From: Raja brachyura
Lineage: Eukaryota
Assembly (NCBI GenBank): GCA_963514005.1
Contig: OY740781.1
Coordinates: forward strand, 182,342,001 to 182,406,000
Direction: 5' to 3'
Length of the DNA stretch: 64,000 nt
The notes beneath the pieces were generated by a model. The model ran no database searches. It was not told the DNA's origin and saw only the letters and a list, made by a program, of their open reading frames with translations. The translations under genes were made by a program, and so were the position numbers. This document shows, piece by piece, positions 37,656-50,947 of this stretch (the stretch's first letter is position 1; each line of letters opens with the position of its first letter).

Positions 37656-38912
37656 TCCTTCACATTGTTAGTTGCATATCCAAATATTTTCTGGAAAGCT
37701 AACTAAAGATTGGAACATAAATATATGCTTAACATAGAAGCTGAAATAACTTTTTTTTTAATTAAAAATAAATTTTGCAACATCTCCCTGAAGGATTTAG
37801 AATAAACAAAAATGAAATTAAGCTTTAACAGGCAGAATTTGCTGAGCAATACAAATGACAATGCTCCATTTAAAACTTTAACCTAATACAGAAAGTAGAA
37901 AATATGCAGGATACGTTACAGTAAGACCACTTTGTAAACTCATGTCAATGCAGTTGTGAAAGTTGCCTGAATTAGAACAGCAAATTCACTAAATTGCTCT
38001 TTTAAGTTGTGCCTGCAGGGAAATCCCAAAGTCAATTTCAGTTTCATGCAGAAATTACAATGGACACCAATAGTTTCTTTGCTGCAACACAAAATCCAGG
38101 CCTTTGCTTATTTTGGCCATCTTGTATCTTGACATGGCAGGGTTTCTAAATAATCCTTTTCTGACTTATGTATGACAATAGAAAAATAAAAAAAGATGAA
38201 AGGTCACCAATGCATTACTAATTATTCTTAGAAATTGGAACTGAATATGGTTCATGATCCAGTTGCTTAATTGGATAGTGCTAACTGCAAGGTCAGAGTT
38301 AAGGAAATAAACAGTTTTCTGTTGACAGAGGATACTGTGTCTCACGGAATGCTTATAAAATATTATCTAATTTGCACAGTCAATTAAATGCTGAAGCAAA
38401 TCAGGCATGGAAACGTGGTAAGATCAGTCTCACTTCTGCGTGTATCGTTTAAAATTCAACATCCTTAGCTTGCCTTTAGGATTTAATAGATATCAGTAAA
38501 TGTGCCCAAACTCTCTTTGGAGTTTGGGCTTTGATTTTTTTTCAATCCTCTTATCACTGAGCAACAAAAATGCTGCGTTTCCACCAATGCCTGCAGCAGT
38601 GTGATTCTTAAGAATTTATTATCATATTGATATTGCCGTTTCTACTTGAAGTCATTCCACAATATGTTTCAGCTCAGTTGTGAGTAACTTAGAGAATTTA
38701 TCCCATTGAACCATAGAAGAAATCAAACATCACCACTGATAGGTAAATAACTTGCACATGTGGTTGCGGAAAATACACTGAGGTAAGTTTGATGTTGCCA
38801 AGTGCCTTGGGATATTTTGCCATATTCAACAGAAAGTGGGTGATAGTGAATCTGCTGTCCGTCTTGCATCTCTTCTCTTTTGTTTTTTATTGAATTGAAA
38901 GATGTGAAACAG

Positions 38913-39130
38913 GTGCAATGACATCACAGATAGTGTTGCCACCTCACAGTTTCAATGATCTGGGTTTGATTCTGACTGCTGGTGCTGATTGCATGAAGTT
39001 TGCATGTTGTCCCTATGATCATTTGGATCCCCCTCTTACTCCACCTCTCTCCCCCAAGTGTTCAGGTTTCCTCTCATACCTCACAAAGACTTGTTGTTTC
39101 ATACATTTCCGAGTCACTGTAAATGACCAC
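38913..39130 (+). mobile_element. Degenerate V-SINE
   Basis: ttgccacctcacag...tgggtttgattctgact...aagtttgcatgttgtccc...caggtttcctctcatac. Confidence 0.6.
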
Positions 39131-39437
39131 TGTTGTAGGTGAAATGGGATTGTCATTCTATGCCAGCTCTGTTTGACTTGGCATAGAACAAATTGGCCAA
39201 GTTGCCCCATGATGTCAACTTCACCAGGCCAGCGATCAGAGCACTCATCTCTGGCGACCCCCGGCAAGGGTTCGCCCACTCCGCAATTGAAAAGTACACG
39301 CTGCGCCCGCTGCTGAAAATCTTGGGCCCAACTCCGGGAAAAACTGCTCCAATCCAAGCTGTTTGGCCGCGATGAAGATGACATGGAAAAAGTCGCCTCT
39401 CCGACGAAGAGGCGACCAAAAGCGGTTTCCCCTTTCC

Positions 39438-39697
39438 CAAATTGGAGGAACTGCTCCTCATATTTTGCTTGGGTAGCTTACACCCCAACGGTATAAACGG
39501 TATAAACATTGACTTCTCTAACTTCAGATAGCCCTTGCTTTCATTCTCTCTCCATCCCCTTCCCTTTCCCAGTTCTCCCACCAGTCTTACTGTCTCCAAC
39601 TACATTCTATCTCTGTCCACACCCCTGACATCAGTCTGAAGAAGGGTGTCGTCCTGAAACGTCGCCCATACCTTATTTCCAGAGATGCTGCCTGTCC
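39438..39697 (+). mobile_element. Penelope 3' fragment with hammerhead-like core (39636-39663)
   Basis: KLEELLLIFCLGSLHPNG...NIDFSNFR* matches 36520-36602; tail ctgaagaagggtgtcgtcctgaaacgtcgcc. Confidence 0.8.
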
Positions 39698-39699
39698 TA

Positions 39700-40160
39700 A
39701 TGTTATGTTCAGTTGTGGTCTCACTAAATGTACACAATGTACACAATGTGGACATGCAGGAGAGGGATGTTCACGAGATGGATTGTTTGTATGGAATTGG
39801 ACATGGAAAAGAGCTTAAATGGACAGGGACTGTATTGTTTTGATTGCAGAAGAACGACAGGTAATCTCATTGAAACATGCAACATTTTCAAAGAGCTTTA
39901 CAGGGGAAAAGCAGCGATTATATTTTCTCTGGCTATAATGTCTATAACCAAAGGGGCATAGTCTTAAAATCAGGGGCCAATCTTTTAGAACTGAAATGAA
40001 AAGAAATTGATTTATCCAGAGGGCAATGAATCGTTGGAATTTTCTACCCAGAAGAGCTGTGGATGGTTGGTCACTAAGTATGTGGATAGGATTTTCGGTA
40101 TTCAGGAAATCAAGGATATGAAGTTTGTACGAGAAGATGGCTCCGAGCTAAGCGATGACT
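39700..40160 (+). mobile_element. Old CR1 LINE 3' fragment
   Basis: Degenerate VQLWSH, GNLIETCNIFK, KGHSLKIRG and QRAMNRWNFLP motifs. Confidence 0.65.
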
Positions 40161-41913
40161 GGTGATCATCATGAAGGGCAGTGCGGATATAAATGTCCAA
40201 GTGACCGAAAGAAGCCTTGCTGTTTTTTTACATGTATGATTTGGAGTGTGGAGAAAAAAATCTATTTCATCAATCGGATAAAGTAAAACGAAGAGTAATG
40301 TCATCAACTAGTTTTGCAATTACTAAAACACGAAATAGCTTTAACAGACTGTGAGCAGTTATTCTAAAAAGGTGGAAAGTTAAGAAAAAAATTAGAATAA
40401 AACCCTGGGAAGCAGACAAGGGTTGCATTATTCAGGGCTTGAAGAACTTTGGAAAGATTAATGGGGAAATGAAGCATCTTCAAAATGGATCAAGATGAAC
40501 TAGATAATATGAAATAGCAGGCAGAAAGCCAGGTTGTCAAATTCTAAAGTTTGAACTGCAGTGGGGACGAAAGAAAATAATACATAATTAGAGATAAGAT
40601 AGCACTGAATTTGTAGTAGTATAAAAGTACAAAGATGCACAAAAAATGGGAATAGTGTAGATATGCGTTATGATAGGTAGGAATTATTAATGTGGGACAA
40701 AGGGCACATTTCTGTGTTGTGCCTTTCTTTGATTCAATGTGCAGGAATGAGGATTAGCATCATTTTATGAATGTTATCTGTAGAGTTTCACGTAAATTAC
40801 ATGTAATCTTGAAATATCAAAGCAAACCTAATGACCAGAAAATAAAGGACATGCAATAGAACAAATGGATATTAAATTGCCAGTTTGTGAGGAAGAACAT
40901 TTTATGCCACCTGATACTAATGTGTGAGAAGATACAGCATCGGAACAGCATTTCTTATTGCAGTTTCTTCCACAGATTGAAAGGCTGTCTGGAGTTTTCC
41001 ACAAAATAATGCTGCACCAGCACAGATTGCAGTTAGTCTCACGATGCAATCCTTAAAGTGCCAATGATTGCTAACAGTCAAAATTAAATGTGATACATGT
41101 TTACAATTATTCCCTTCCTCTCACCAAAGCCACTCTTTTTTGTTTCAAATCCATGTGGCTCTCTGTTACAGAAGGAAAATAAACACTGAAATCAACAGCT
41201 ATGCATTGAGAATACTGACCCTAAATCATTCAAGAACATAACCATCACTTCAGGTTACAAAATAAGCAGCTGTAAATAATGTGATGGATCTCAGATTGCA
41301 CATGTGGTATGACTGCTGCAAAAACACACTTGACAAGAGGAAACAAGTCCTCTTGTCATTCCAGTCTGTGATGCAGATATACAACACCCATGTGCAATCA
41401 CTCCTCAGTCTTGTCAGGCTGATGGAGAAAGAACTGTGCGGCACCACAGCTCACAGTGGTGAGACTTATTATAAATTTGGCCATTTTGGCCCCACTTGAG
41501 GATGATAACGTAATTGTCAGATGCAATTGTAAAACCAAGCCAAGTAACCTGCAAAGAATTTTCAAGTTGCAACCATCAATGCTGGAACAAATGTCTAAAA
41601 AGGTAGTTTTACAACACATGGAAATAAGGTCAAGGAGAAGTCAGCTCAACTTTGCAAGGCAGTTTCATCCCATTTTAATTGTTTATCTTGTGAGACCACC
41701 AAAGGAGCAGTAAGAAGATAACTATCCCTTTGGAGATACCAAATCTTTTGGTTGACAATGTTTATGTAATAGCTGAAATCTGATTTGTGTTCTTGATTTT
41801 TTTTTTACAGGAAATTTTAGTAATTATTTTTTTCTCTTCTTTGCACTAGTTGTATAGTTGAAGAAGGCTGCTAACATACAGTACAAACCCACAAAGAATT
41901 TAACACTGAGAAT

Positions 41914-42880
41914 TCATAACAAGAGGATTTCAGTATAGGAGTAAATAATTTCCTCTGCAGTTGTATAGGGTTCTGGTAAGACCACATCTGTAGTATTGTG
42001 TACAGTTTTGGTCTCCTAATTTGAGGAAGGACATCCTTGTGATTGAGGCAGTGCAGCGTAGGTTCACGACATTGATCCCTGGGATGGCGAGACTGTCATA
42101 TGAGGAAAGATTGAAAAGACTAGGCTTGTATTCACTGGAGTTTAGAAGGATGAGGGGGGATCTTAAAGAAATATATAAAATTATAAAAGGACTGGACAAG
42201 CTAGATGCAGGAAAAATGTTCCCAATCTTGAGCGAGTCCAGAACCAGAGGCCACAGTCTAAAAGCACTGTCCCACAGTACGAGTTCATTCCAAGAGCTCT
42301 CCCGAGTTTGCCCTGATTCGAACTCAGAGATTTACAGTAATGGCCACTCGTCGGTACTCGGGGCTCTCATGGACATTTTTCAACATGTTGAAAAATCTTC
42401 ATGAGTCTTTCCGTGCTTGCCTGCCGTTAGCGAGTCTTCCCGAGTACCTGTCGTTAGCGTTACTAGCTGCTAAGAAACGTCCCCGAGCTCCAACGTACCT
42501 GCTACATTCATTCTCCGTGCTTACCACGAGTTTGATTTTTTTAAAATTCGGGAGAGCTCTTGGAATGAACTCGTACCGTGGGACAGGGCTATAAAAATAA
42601 AGGGGAGGCCATTTAAGACTGAGGTGAGAAAAAATGTTTTCACCCAGAGAGTTGTGAATTTGGGGAATTCCCTGCCACGGAGGGCAGTGGAGGCCCAATC
42701 ACTGGATGGATTTCAGAGCTAGTTAGATAGAGCTCTAGGGGCTAGTGGAATCAATGGATATGGGGAGAAGGCAGGCACGGGTTATTGATTTGGGACGATC
42801 AGCCATGGTCACAATGAATGGTGGTGCTGGCTCGAAGGGCCGAATGGCCTCCTCCTGCACCTATTTTCTATGTTTCTATG
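41914..42880 (+). mobile_element. CR1 LINE 3' fragment interrupted by a MITE
   Basis: LYRVLVRPHL*YCVQFWSP, RKDILVIEAVQRRFTTLIPGMARLSYEERLKRLGLYSLEFRRMRGDL...SRTRGHSL; resumes KIKGRPFKTEVRKNVFTQRVVN after the MITE; ends in a ttctatg repeat tail. Confidence 0.93.
42262..42591. mobile_element. PIF/Harbinger-type MITE, 330-bp family, opposite orientation to 13384 and 13994
   Basis: Ends AAGCACTGTCCCACAGTACGAGTTCATTCC / GGAATGAACTCGTACCGTGGGACAGGGCTA; exact TAA duplication at 42259-42261 and 42592-42594. Confidence 0.92.
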
Positions 42881-43141
42881 TAATTTAACAAAGAGTTAAT
42901 CTAACACTGACCCTGCATTTGTCATAATTCTTCAAGATCTTTAGGAAGCTGTGTGGTGTTGCCATGGGTGCTGATTATTCCTGAGCTGGGCAGGATAGCT
43001 GCATAATAACTTTCAGAATTTAATAGAATTCTGGTGGATAACATTTTAAATATAGTCACAAAATGATGGAGTAATTTGATTAGTATGGTTGTCAGAGGTG
43101 ATGGAGAGAAGGCAGGAGAATGGGGTTAGGAGGGAGAGATA

Positions 43142-44796
43142 CAGTGCCCCCCATAATGTTTGGAACAAGGACCCATCATTTATTTATTTGCTTTTGTACT
43201 CCACAATTTTAAATTTGTAGTAGAAAAAATCCCATGTGGTTAAAGTGCACATTGTCAAATTTTACTAAAAGCCATTTTTATACATTTTGGTTTCACCACG
43301 TAGAAATTACAGCTGTGTTTATCCCCCCCATTTCAGGGCACCATAATGTCTGGGACAAAGCAATGTAATGTAAATGAAAGTAGTCATGTTTAGTATTTTG
43401 TTGCATATCCTTTGCATGCAATGACTGCTTGAAGTCTGTGATTCATGGACATCACCAGTTGCTGGGTGTCTTCTCTGGCGATGCTCTGCCAGGCCTGTAT
43501 TGCAGCCATCTTTAGCTCATGTTTATTTTGGGGGCTAGTCCCCTTCAGTTTTCTCTTCAGCATATAAAAGGCATGCTCAATTGGGTTCAGATCGGGTAAT
43601 TGACATGGCCACTCAAGAATTTACCATTTTTTAGCTTTGAAAAGCCCCTTTATTGCTTTAGCAGTATATTTGCGATCTTTGTCTTGCTGTAGAATGAACC
43701 ACCGGCCAATGAGTTTTGAGGCATTTGTTTGAACTTGAGCAGATGGGATGTGTCTATACACTTCAGAATTCATTATGCTACTACCATCAGCAGTTGTATC
43801 ATCAATGAAGATAAGTGAGCCAGTATCTTCAGCAGCCATACGTGCCCAGGCCATAACACCCCCACCACCGTGTTTCACAGATGAGGTGGTATGTCTTGGA
43901 TTTGGGCAGTTCCATCTCTCCTCCATACTTTGCTCTTGCTATCACTCTGATATAAATTAATCTTCATCTCATCTGTCCACAAGACCTTTTTCCAGAACTG
44001 TGGGTGCTCTTTTAAGTACTTCTTGGCAAACTGTAACCCAGCCATCCTATTTTTGCAATGAACCAGTGGTTTGCATCTTGCAGTGTAGTCTCTGTATTTA
44101 TGTTCATTAAGTCCTCTGCAGACAGTGGTCATTGACAAATCCACACCTGACTCCTGAAGAGTGTTTCTGATCAGCCGAACAGGTGTTTGGGGATTTTTTT
44201 ATAGAGAGATTTCTTCTGTCTTCAGCTGTGGAAGTCCTCCTTGGCCTGTCAGTCCCATTGCGATTAGTAAGCTCACCAGTACTCTCTTTCTTCTTAATGA
44301 TGTTCCAAACAGTTGATTTTGGTAAGCACAATGTTTGGCTGATGTCTCTAACAGTTTTATTCTTGTTTCTCAATCTTATAATGGCTTTTTTGACTCTCAT
44401 TGGCACATCTTTGATCCTCATGTTGATAAACAGCAATAAAAGTTTCCAAAGGTGATGGAAGGACTGGAGGAAAGACAAGGTGCTGAGCGTTCTCTTATAC
44501 CTGCATTAAGGAGGCAATTAAACACACCTGCACACCTGAGCAATTACAAACACCTGTGAAGCCATGTGACCCAAACATTATGGTGCCCTGAAATGGGAGG
44601 GGGGGGGAACTATGTATAAACACAGCTGTAATTTCTACAGGGTGAAACCAAAATGTATAAAAATGGCCTTTATTAAAATCTGACAATGTGCACTTTAACC
44701 ACATGTGATTTTTTTAATTACAAATCTCAAATTGTGGAGTGCAGAGGGAAATAAATAAATGAATGGTCTTTGTTCCAAATATTATGGAGGGCACTG
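43142..44796 (-). mobile_element. Full-length Tc1/mariner transposon, 1655 bp, long IR/DR-type TIRs
   Basis: TA|CAGTGCCC...GGGCACTG|TA; TIRs of about 215-230 bp with inner repeat gggcaccataatgt; inserted in a CR1 3' tail (gggagagaTAgatcagccatg). Confidence 0.96.
43390..44421 (-). pseudogene. Frameshifted Tc1 DDE transposase
   Basis: MRIKDVPMRVKKAII...KSTVWNIIKK (paired-like HTH), WKKVLWTDE, SVKHGGGGVMAW, FILQQDKD, PDLNPIEH and GYATKY* lie in several frames. Confidence 0.93.
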
Positions 44797-45454
44797 TAGA
44801 TCAGCCATGATTGAATGACATAGTAAACTTGATGGGCCGAGTGGCCTAATTCTGCTCCTATGATTTATGACCTTATGTACTTCAGCCGGTTAGGCTGTAT
44901 CTCTGGAGCACATTGATGGATGACTTTTCAGGACGCGACCCTTCTTCAGACTGATCGTAGGGAAGAAAGCTGGAAGAGATAAGTGGCAGGACAAAGCCTG
45001 GCAAGTAATTAGTTGATACAGGCGATGTGGGTTTTGATAGGTAGATGGGTGGACAAAGGCCGCCGAGTTACTTCAGCACATTTTTTGCAAAACCAGCATC
45101 TGCTGTTCGTTGTGACAACTGATCAAATATGTTCTGTTTGGAGTGTTTGCTGCTTGCATGATGAGAGACAGAATCTTCAATTCCAGTTTGGCTAATTACA
45201 GGGCTTTACATGCTATTGTTAATTTTCTAGAATTTGCCGATGAACAGTATGTTTGCCATCGGTTATTTAATGTGATTCGGTCAGTTGCCTGTCAAATAGC
45301 AATTGTCTTTCTTTCTGAAATAAATATTAGTTATGGGGAATATATGAGTGTGGTGTTCCAGTAATTTTAAGTAATGTACACACTAGTTAAATATATAATC
45401 TGTTGCCTGTGACAATTATGATCAACTTATGTGTTATTTTGTTTAGTGTAAATA

Positions 45455-45812
45455 CAACGGCCTGCAGATGCCAGCTAACAAAAAAGGAACACAAAGAGCT
45501 GGAGTAACGCAGCAGGTCAGGCAGCATCCATGGAGACATGGATAAATGATGTTTTGGGTCGAGATCTTTTTTCAGACTGATTGTAGGGGGGGCAGGTGGA
45601 TGAAAACTGGAAGAGAGGAGGGCAGGACAAAGTGTAGCATGTACAGTAATAGATGAACATAGGCGTCATTTTATTTGCTGTGTCGGAAGGAACTGCAGAT
45701 GCTGGTTTAAACCGAAGATAGACACAAAAAGTTAGAGTAACTCAGCGGGACAGGCAGCATCTCTGGAGAGAAGTTATGGGTGACGTTTCGGGTCAAGACC
45801 CTTCTTCAGACA
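45455..45812 (-). repeat. Two adjacent Penelope-tail repeats in the same orientation
   Basis: ctgcagatgc...gctggagtaac...ggcagcatc...gttttgggtcgagatcttttttcagactga, and a better-preserved copy at 45678-45812. Confidence 0.8.
45779..45811 (-). ncRNA. Minimal type I hammerhead ribozyme core, antisense to FAT4
   Basis: Reverse complement reads GT-CTGAAGA-A-GGGT(CTTG)ACCC-GAAAC-GTC-ACC: intact core, short stem I (GT/AC), palindromic ACGT at stem III. Confidence 0.7.
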
Positions 45813-46444
45813 TTTTATTTGCTGCATTAGTTTAGGAACATTTATGATACTTCTAATGATTGTGTTTGTATTTCTGCAGTTTTGTAAAGGACACAGTAAA
45901 ACTGAATAACTTAGAAGTGCATTAAACTTCATTGGCACTTGCTACATTTTAAAATCCACTTATTCATCAAGGAACAGATCCCAGGCATGTTAAAACAAAG
46001 GCAATCGACTTGGTGTGTCAATGCACAACATTCAAACAAAAATCGATTGATTTGAACTATAATCTGCTGAGTGCTGCAAGTCTACATTAAACAAAATTGG
46101 GCTTAAAGGCAGTGGAAGTTTATGTGGATTTGGATGTGAATAAATTATTTGCAACTACAAATCACTTGTTCCACTTAAAATCATTGGCTCTTATAGTATT
46201 GGTGGTCTTATAACTAAAGCAGATACTTTAATGAAAATAGATGTTTGTATTCAAATCTAATTTCTCGTCATTAAAACAGATGACAAATTACTCTGATGTA
46301 ACTGGAATAACTGTAAAAATTGATTTTATATCAATTACAGCTTACTAAGAGAAATATCCAAGATATCTTGAAAAATTCAGATCAAAATTGACATAAAATT
46401 AATGATAAGAGGTCATGATTGTTTAGCTAATATATATTACACAC

Positions 46445-46606
46445 ACACTAAAGACGTACAGATGTGTAGGTTAATTGGCTTGATTATAAATGTAAAATTG
46501 TCCCTAGTGTATGTAGGATAGTGTTAATGTGCGGGGATCGCTGGTCGGTGCGGACTCGGTGGGTCGAAGGGCCTGTTTCCGCACTGTATCTTTAAACTAA
46601 ACTAAG
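46445..46606 (+). mobile_element. V-SINE 3' half
   Basis: aaagacgtacagatgtgtaggttaattggc...gaagggcctgtttccgcactgtatctttaaactaaactaa. Confidence 0.7.
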
Positions 46607-48077
46607 CAGTCCATTTTGGATTTGAATTTTCTGTGGCTTAGTGCAATTAATGAATTAATTGCTGGCAAATAAATGTTGTTTTCGAATCAAGAAATTAATA
46701 TTTTACACAGCACTAAAATTAAATTCTCAACAGTTTCTCTATCATTTTAGTTCAACTAATCACTTGAATGAAACTGGTTTAGCAGAATAATTAGTTTTAA
46801 GCAAAAAAAACTATATGCAATTTTAAGCATATAAAATTGCACATATTCCTTTAACCCTGAAGTATTCCTCCTGCAACAGTTATCCAGTTGAATGATACAT
46901 CACTCATCTGAGACCATTCATTTATATTCAGTCGGATCCCGACAATCATGGCAACGGTTTATTTTCCTTGCTACAGCCAATGATCTATCCATAGACCACC
47001 ACCTGTTTCTCATTCAAGTACTGCCATTTAGCAACACCACACAAAAACAAAGTGTCATTTTCCCCAGGCTGTTCCTTTCCCTCAACATCACCTCTTAATT
47101 CCTCCAGTACTTATTTCTATATCAGCAGACCAGTTATCCGCCATCCAGTACTAAATGAGCTAAAATGTTCTCCCTACTCTTATCTTTCTCCCTACCAACA
47201 GTCTGAAATACAATTATGCAGTTCACAATTCCAGCTTGAGAATCATACCTCATATTCACTTCATCTTTAAGACCATTTCCACCTCCAGACATTGCCTGAC
47301 TCCATGATTGGCTTTGCTGCTCTGCAGCCTTTGCACTAACACACACCATTTTGAATCTTTTCATTCAGCCTTGTTCTTGTTAACTTATATGGGCTCTGAT
47401 TTAAAAATTCTCATTCTTGTGCAGCTCCATGATCTCACCATTGTCAGTTTCTTCCAGCCCCTATCAACTGTCAAAGATCAATTGTAAAGCTTCAAGAATA
47501 GGATAGGGATAGGGATAGGTGGATTGTTTAAAAATTCTGAAAGTCCTTTTCATGTGTTATAATAATTCTGTGCTATAAGGTAGGTTGAAACTGAGCATGT
47601 GTCAATGACACTCACTGCATTCTACTTTAGTCAGATTATGTTCGCTGTTGCCAAAGGACAAATGGCAATCGTAGAACAATAATATAAGGTCGAAAGGGAT
47701 AACAGGACATTTGCTTATCTGTAATGATGTGGAATTGCACTACTGTGTCTTTCAGAGGTGCATGATGAATATTTGTTAAAAGACCATTTGGAAGAAGTAA
47801 AAGTTCTAGTTCTGAAATAAACAAAACATCAAAGGAAAAGTGTATACAAGTAGATGAATCTTTGGTCGTTGGGCAATCACCTAGATTGCTCCCAGTGATC
47901 ACTGTATTTGGCGCTCGTAAATAAAGTCTTAATTGTCTTGCCCGATCTTTGTGTTTTAAAGTTTTCTTGAACACAACCTCTCAATGTCATTTGTTCTTGT
48001 TAGTTGTCAAAATAAAACTACATTTTACTGGAATGTGGAACAAAAACAGAAACGTCGGAAGTCCTGCTAAGTTGGCA

Positions 48078-48295
48078 GGGTGGCACATTGGCGCAGCTGG
48101 TAGAGCTGCTGCCTCACAGCATGAGAGCTCCGGGTTTGATCCTGACCTCGGGTGTTGTCCGTCTGGAGTTTGGACGTTCTCCTTGTAACTAATTGAGTTT
48201 CTTCCGGGTGCTCCGGTTTTCTCCCACATTCCATAGACCTATGGGTTTGTTGGTTAATTTGCTGTTGTTAATTGCCCCTGGTGTGCAGGTAGTGG
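48078..48295 (+). mobile_element. tRNA-derived V-SINE (HE1-like) with Pol III A and B boxes
   Basis: A box TGGCGCAGCTGG (48089-48100), B box GGTTTGATCC (48133-48142), core tggagtttggacgttctcc...ccgggtgctccggttttctcccacattcc. Confidence 0.8.
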
Positions 48296-49194
48296 GTTTT
48301 TAGAGTGGAAGCTTGCAAAAGATCAACATTGAATGACTGAAATTAACAATGTGGTGTTCCAAAGGAAATGATTAAGTACAGGGACGCATGCAGCCAATAG
48401 TATTGGAAAATAGCAGAATTATTTTAAAATTGAGTTACCAGAGGTCAGGAAGATCGATAGAGTCACTGTCAGGGTAGTCAGTGAAAACAGCTTTGTTATA
48501 GATGGGACACAAATGTTAGATTTCAGATGAAGGTTGAGTGCATGTAGGTCAGTGCTTGCAGGCCACCAAGGACACTGGAAAAAGTCAAAGAAGTGGCAGA
48601 GCCAAGAATGGGAAATTTAGAGAAAAGAAGGCAAAAAAAACTACACATACTGAAGTACTTAGGTTCATGTTTATTATTGTCCAAAATACAGTGAATATAT
48701 TTGTTTTGCGTGCTATCCTAAAGATAACATATACCATTCGTAGATACAATCAGTTCAAACTTATGTACAATAGATAGAACAAAAGGAAAGATATAGAATG
48801 AAGAATATAGTTCTCAGCATTGTAACACATTGGAGCGCATCAGTTCCATAGACAAAGTCCATAACCTAGGGTACTATTTGATTCACCTCTACCCCATTGG
48901 TAGAGGTGAATCGAATAGTATCCTAGCTTATGGATTGGCAATTCAGAAGTCTGATAGGAAAATCATGGCAATACTTATCGTCAACATTTGTGGTGAAATA
49001 AAATCATGACAAGAATGAAATATTGCCACCCAAAGACATTGATCCTTTTTCTCTCTACACTGGTGTTTTCACATCTGAGGTTTCTAGCATTTTTAATTTC
49101 CATGTGAGTTTCATTAGCGTGAGGGAAAGATCCTTAAAGATGTGTTGAATCAAGTTGCCTCAAGTAATGGGCTCAGTGTAGTTTTGACTATACA

Positions 49195-49495
49195 CATTGA
49201 GGCTGCTGCCTTATGGCTCCAATGACCCGGTTCGATCCTGACCTCCAATGCTGCGTATGCGGAGTTTGCATGTTTCCTTGTGACTACATGGGTTTCTGAT
49301 TTCTCATGCTTGTTATTTGGTTAATTAGCTACTATAATTTGCATCTTGGTGACAGTGGGTGTGAGGAGAATCAGGGGGTGTTAATGGACTGTGAGAGAGA
49401 ATGGGGCACAGGAAAAATGAATGGGAATTGGGATTGATGGGATTACTCTGAAAACCAGCATGAACTGGATGGGCTGAATGGCCTCCTATGTCTTA
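49195..49495 (+). mobile_element. Degenerate V-SINE
   Basis: ctgctgccttatggctccaatgacccggttcgatcctgacc...ggagtttgcatg...gatgggctgaatggcctcct. Confidence 0.65.
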
Positions 49496-50024
49496 AGGAA
49501 TCGTGGGATATGGAAATTGAACATTTTAAATCACACCAGTTTGACAATCTTAAAATGCGATGTACCCATTGTTAACCTGTGAGTTAATAATGCAGGCTGT
49601 ATGTTGTGGGAATTTCGTTCCAATTTATACCACTGAGTAAATCATATGCCCCGTGCATATGTGGGTAATATTATTGTATGCGCAAACTGCAATGGGTAAA
49701 TATCAAGAATATGAGGATGCAGCACAACAGGAAGCCCGTTCCAATTTCCTAATTTCAGGACCACACCTGGAAATCTGAGCAAATGCTAAAATATGTTGCC
49801 TGAATCACAGACATTGATGGAGAATTTCTTTTTTTTCAAATATTTGGAAACAAACCATTTTTTTTCTTTCAATTCTACCTAATAATTGAATGCATTAACT
49901 GATAGCAACTGAAACAGTGCAAAAGTTCCCATAACATGCCACTGATTCCATTTGGATGACACTTTACACAGCCATCTTTAAGCATTTGATGTGCTAATTT
50001 TGTTATTTCCCTTCTGCTTTCCAG

Positions 50025-50947
50025 GGTTGAACTCTCAGTTAGAATACATCATCGCATCTGGAGATTCGTTGCAGTATTTTAATATTGGCAGTAATGGTGT
50101 CCTGAGTGTCAGGCTAGAGTTAGATCGGGAACGTCAGTCATTCTACAACCTGCTAATCATGGCTCATGATTCATCTCTGCTGCCTGCAAGTAGGCTGACA
50201 AGCACAGCACAAATCTCTGTTATTCTTCTGGATGTCAACGACAACCCACCGCGATTTATTTCCTCCAAAATGGCATACATGCAAGAAAACTCTCCTACAA
50301 ACACTATTGTCTATAAAGCACAAGCCACTGATCCTGACAGTGGACCAAACAGTTACGTTGAGTACACCTTGCTGAGCCACTCGGCAAACAGGTTTAGCAT
50401 CGGAACAATAGACGGCACAGTTAGACTAACTGGTGACCTTGACAGGGAAGAAATCTCCAATTATACGTTGACAGTGATTGCTACGGACAAGGGTGAGCCT
50501 CCACTCTCATCATCAATGGACATTACTGTTATTGTGCTCGATGTGAATGATAACCCTCCCGTCTTTCAGCAACGTCTCTATCAAGTTGAAATTAGTGAAA
50601 ACGCACTTAGCGGCATTGACCTCCTCCAGGTCGCCGCCACTGACTTAGACGAAGGCACTAATGGTCAGGTCCGGTACCACGTTGCCAGTGGAAATGTGAA
50701 CAGTGATTTCCGGCTTGATTCAGTTACTGGTGTATTATCGGTAGCCAAGCAACTCGATCGTGAAACACACCCCTCGTATTCTCTGACTGTGCAGGCAACT
50801 GATCGCGGAAGCAGCCCTCAAACTGCCACAGCTGTGGTGAACATCAATCTCACCGACATGAACGACTTTATACCCGTCTTTGAACTGTCACCCTACACAA
50901 TGCATGTGCAGGAAAATGCACACAATCTGCCATTGTCCATCTTGCAG
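50025..50947 (+). CDS. FAT4: FAT4 coding exon, 923 bp, phase 1/0, about three cadherin repeats
   Basis: Acceptor cttctgctttccag and donor CAG|gttggt. GLNSQLEYIIASGDS...LDRE...DVNDNPP...ATDPDSGPNSY...DMNDFIPVFELSPY...LPLSILQ, open throughout. Confidence 0.97.

Noticed and set aside
48078-48150. Possible tRNA gene
   Set aside because: A and B boxes run straight into a V-SINE body; it is a SINE head without a proper cloverleaf.
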